A stretch of DNA of 61,705 bases, counting the filler, from Basidiobolus ranarum (lineage: Eukaryota): the NCBI GenBank assembly GCA_040143965.1. It is 16 parts of 16 records of this genome, joined end to end, with 100 filler letters (N's around TTAATTAATTAA, not from the genome) between each part and the next. Parts side by side here need not be neighbours in the genome. Positions count along the whole stretch, not along the records: positions 57,961 to 61,705 come from JASJQH010009180.1; 15 more parts are not named here. One strand, given 5' to 3'. This document shows, piece by piece, positions 57,961 through 61,705 of this stretch. The notes under the pieces are model-generated. The model worked only from the letters and a program-made list of their open reading frames with translations, searched no databases and was not told where the DNA came from. The stretch's first letter is position 1. Every line of letters starts with the position of its first letter. The position numbers and the translations under genes were made by a program.

Positions 57961-60900
57961 CATTTCTTCAACACAAAGTTGGACATTGCATTGTGATTAT
58001 CATTTCTAGAGAAACTTGTGGTTCTTAAAACTTCCCTCTCCCAACATAGTAAGTATTATACATATACCAGCCCCCACAATAGACGATGTTATGCAAGCCC
58101 TTACCCAGCTTCAGCAAGAAAATCAAGAACTTTGTACTTCCATTGCTCAAGTACAGAATCCAACTCCACCCAACTATACTGCAATTCCAACTCCTGAACC
58201 CAAATCTCCCTACCAAATAAGTTTGATGACACTTGCCAAAACTATCATGGTTTTATTAACCAAGTAAAGCTTATCATCCAGTTACATCCCCATCACTACC
58301 CCTCTGACCAAACAAAAGTAGGCTTAGTGGGAACACTCTTATCAGGAACGGCTCTGTCTTGGTTTGCTCCTTTAATGCAAAGTCAATCTCCACTTCTTTC
58401 AGACTTCCTTGCCTTTCTTGCTGAGTTGGAAGCCACATTTGGAAATGCAGATAAAGAAAGAACTTCAGCCACCAAGCTCCATGCACTTAAACAAGGGTCT
58501 AAACCTGCATCAACTTATGCTGCAGAATTTTGCCTTCTTGCCTGTGATCTCAATTGGGAGAATATGCCCTGATCAACCAATTCCAATATGGACCCCAAGA
58601 AAATATTAAGGATCTTTTACTCACTATGGCTGACTCAGTGACCTTGACTGATGCTATCCACCAGGCAGTTAAATGTGACAACAGGTTGTTTGAAAGACAA
58701 TAACAAAGAAATATGGTTCCTTTCTTCTCTCCTTCATCATCTACTTTCAGCCCCCCTTCTATCAAACACAAAATCCAGCTCAAACTGATGACCCAATACA
58801 AATTGATGGAACTTGCTACAGAAAGCTTAGCCCTCAGGAGAAATATTGATGCCAACAAGAGAATTTTTGCCTCTATTGTGGAGCTCCTGGACATGTAGCA
58901 AGAACCTGTCAAAAGAACAGGTAGCATGAACCTGTCCAAAGAAGAATCCTGGATTTAAGATCAACAATATGCAAGTACAAGAGAACTCTTGCCAACCGTT
59001 GGAAAACTTCAACACTCAGCTGCAATAATGGGCATACAGTTGGGCAAACCATCTTGAAAAGTGTATCTTCACCATACATCACAATCTCTGCAGTCATATG
59101 ACTCATCAAAGCTGCCCATTACACTCCTGCTACCAAATTCCTAGTCAATAAAAACAACTGCACTTCTTGATACAGGTGCTTCCTCCTGTTGTATTGACTC
59201 TGCCTTTGTAAAATCCCACTCTAACCCAACAATCAAAAAATCTAGTCCAGTCCTTGTAGAAGTAATTGATGGAAGGCTGCTATCATCAGGTGCTGTAACA
59301 CATGAGACAACTTTTATGACATTCATGTCCACTGCTCATCAATGAGAAATAGCCTTTAATATCATTTCTTCATCTCACCACCCAGTCATCCTGGGTATCG
59401 CATGGCTCATGCAGCACAACCCAGTAATCAATTGGAAGAAGAAGATTATGATGTTAAAGCAAACTCCGCCTCCTGGTCCATATTTGCCAACCTGCAAAGT
59501 ATCCTACTCATAACCAGCCCAACTCCTAAAAACATCTATAAAGCCAATATCCTTTGAAAGTATTACCAAAGAGCTGAAACCAATAAAACCTATGGTTCAT
59601 AAGCTCCTACCCAAATACCAAGCCTTTGCTGATGTCTTTGACAAGAAGAAATCTGATATACTCCCAGCTCACCACCGACATGATTGCCCTATAGATCTAT
59701 GAGAAGGAAAACAACCACCATTTGGCCTATATATGGGCTGACCCAGCCAGAAATCAAGATTCTGAAAGAGTATATTGCAGAAAATCTGGAGAAAGGATTT
59801 ATCCAACAATCAAAGTCCCCAGCAGGCTCTCCAATCCTATTTGTTAAGAAAAAAGATGGATCCGTCCATCTCTGTGTTGATTATCAAGGGCTAAATAACA
59901 TTACAGTCAAAAATCAGTACCCCTTACCATTAATCAACTCATGCTTGGATCAGCTTGCTTCAGCTAAGGTGTTTACAAAGATTGCTCTAAGAGGTGCTTA
60001 CAATCTTGCAAGAATCAAACCTGGAGATCAATGGAAAACTGCCTTTTGAACTTGCTATGGACACTTTGAATACAATGTCATGCCATTTGGACTTACTAAT
60101 GCCCCTGCAGTCTTTCAACACATGATGAATGATATCTTCAGAGAGTATCTTGACCAATTAGTGGTAACCTACCTTGACAATATCTTGATCTTCTCAAGCT
60201 CTCAAGAAGAACATAATACACATGTTAACCAAGTCCTAGAAAAGATGAAAACCTCTGGGCTCTATGCTAAACTTGAGAAATGTGAATTTGATCAAGTTCA
60301 AGTTGATTTCCTTGGATATGACATCTGCCCATCAGGCATCTCCATTGACCCTAAGAAGGTTGAATCTGTTCTGTCTTGGAATATTCCCAAGAATGTGAAG
60401 GATGTCCAATGGACTTGTTCTCTGTGATAGTGCCAGATTGTGCTGTATATATCATGTTGGATAAAGTATTCTGAAGTTTATGCGGCACAATTTGGCACTA
60501 TCCATCACCCTCTGGCATGATCAAATTCAATCAAATATACTTTAATATATTGATCCAAGGTCTGATAGATCCTGGCACAATGGAACAAGTCCAATCTTTC
60601 CTGGGATTTGCAAACTTTTACCAATGGTTTGTCAAGAACTATTCCAAAATATCTGCTCCATTCACAAACCTCACAAAGAGAGAACTAGGAGCAGTCTATC
60701 ACAGTTTGATGATGATAACAACTTACTGCACCCTGTTGCCTTTTACTCAAGAAAGTTCTCTGCCACAGAAATCAACTATGACATCTATGACAAGGGACTT
60801 TTAGCAATTATTGCTGTGTTTGAACAATGGCAACAATACCTGGATGGAGCAAATCACAAAATCATAGTTTATTGTGATCACAAGAATCCTCAGTATTTTA

Positions 60901-61705
60901 GTACAACCAAAGTTCTCAACCATTGTAAAGCAAGATAGTCATTATTCCTTGCCAGTTTTGATGTTGTGATTACATATCAACCAGGTAGCCAGCAAGGAAA
61001 GCCGGATGCCTTATCATATAGAGCAGAATATCAGCCTAAAGAAGGGAATGAGGCCTTTGTCCAACAAAATACTTCCTTACTGAAGCCCCACCAGCTTCAA
61101 ATTAGCACAACCACCCTTTCTCCCTAGTTCAAGCACATTCCATGAAGACATCCACAAACTCCAATCTGAAGACACATTGGTAATATTGATCTAGAAAGCC
61201 CATGAAACACCCAAAGACCTCTCAAGCTTGAACACCCATTTCTCCATCATCAATGATATTTTTTTTAAGAAGTGCCTTTACATTCCAGACCACACTTCTA
61301 GACTCTAAACCATGCAGGAAAGACATGACTCACCAATGGCAGGACACTTTGGTGTTGCCAAATCATATATTATGGCATCCAGGGATTATTGGTGGGCTAA
61401 AATGTTTGCATTTGTCAAGACTTATGTTTCCACCTGTGATACTTGTGCTTGAGTGAAGACTCCAAGAAATCAGCCCTACGGCCTCCTGCAGCTATTTCCA
61501 ATTCCTGATCAGCAGTGGAAATCCATATCCCTGGATTTCATAACTGATCTACCCTTGTCTGCCAAATATGATTCAATTCTGGTAATTGTTGACTGTCTAA
61601 CAAAGATGGCCCACTTTGTGCCCTGCAACAAGTCAATTGATGCAAAACAAACAGCAGAATTGGTAACTCAAAACATCTTCCGCCTACATGGACTCCCTGA
61701 AACTA
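57961..61705 (+). mobile_element. Ty3/Gypsy gag-pol remnant
   Basis: gag LLSGTALSWF; protease [38 protein letters not shown]; RNase [17 protein letters not shown]; integrase HDSPMAGHFG, CDTC, ISLDFITDLP. Confidence 0.95.
60411..60592. mobile_element. 182-bp MITE with 10-bp perfect TIRs and AAT TSD
   Basis: GGACTTGTTC...GAACAAGTCC; AAT at 60408-60410 and 60593-60595; excision restores Gypsy [13 protein letters not shown]. Confidence 0.92.

Noticed and set aside
1..61705. Gene clusters or systems spanning linkers (e.g. LPMO with kinase, 3D protein with SMD2)
   Set aside because: Contigs are size-sorted and artificially joined, so adjacency across N-linkers is not biological

Overview
This is eukaryotic (fungal) DNA, not one locus. 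It consists of 16 unrelated contigs of about 3.75-3.78 kb, sorted by decreasing length and joined by 100-nt N44-TTAATTAATTAA-N44 linkers, so neighbourhoods across linkers mean nothing. Short GT-AG introns and the gene content suggest an early-diverging fungus (Basidiobolus-like; inference). Host genes seen, whole or partial: MFS transporter, ENA-type P-type ATPase, a CsbD/Hmp1-like stress-protein cluster, ARG1 3' end, an HSF-domain factor, a probable LPMO N-terminus, an HRI-like eIF2-alpha kinase, a secreted 3D-domain protein, SmD2, VPS23, a Cys-rich secreted protein and a RluA/RIB2-type pseudouridine synthase. Decayed genes include a bacterial-type deaminase and a TauD. A large share of the window is dead, strongly CpG-depleted transposons: Copia elements with three LTR families, Gypsy, Tnp2/CACTA-like, and an IS5/PHIS-type DDE element with its own MITE that the ORF track misses. 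Best leads: the AWT-targeting DDE transposon plus MITE family, the triplicated divergent CsbD-like gene pairs with a conserved promoter module, two intronless bacterial-like genes, TE-restricted CpG decay, and a self-nesting Copia family with a half-tRNA-type PBS. No CRISPR, rRNA or tRNA gene was recognised. All assignments are by-eye motif recognition; no searches were run.
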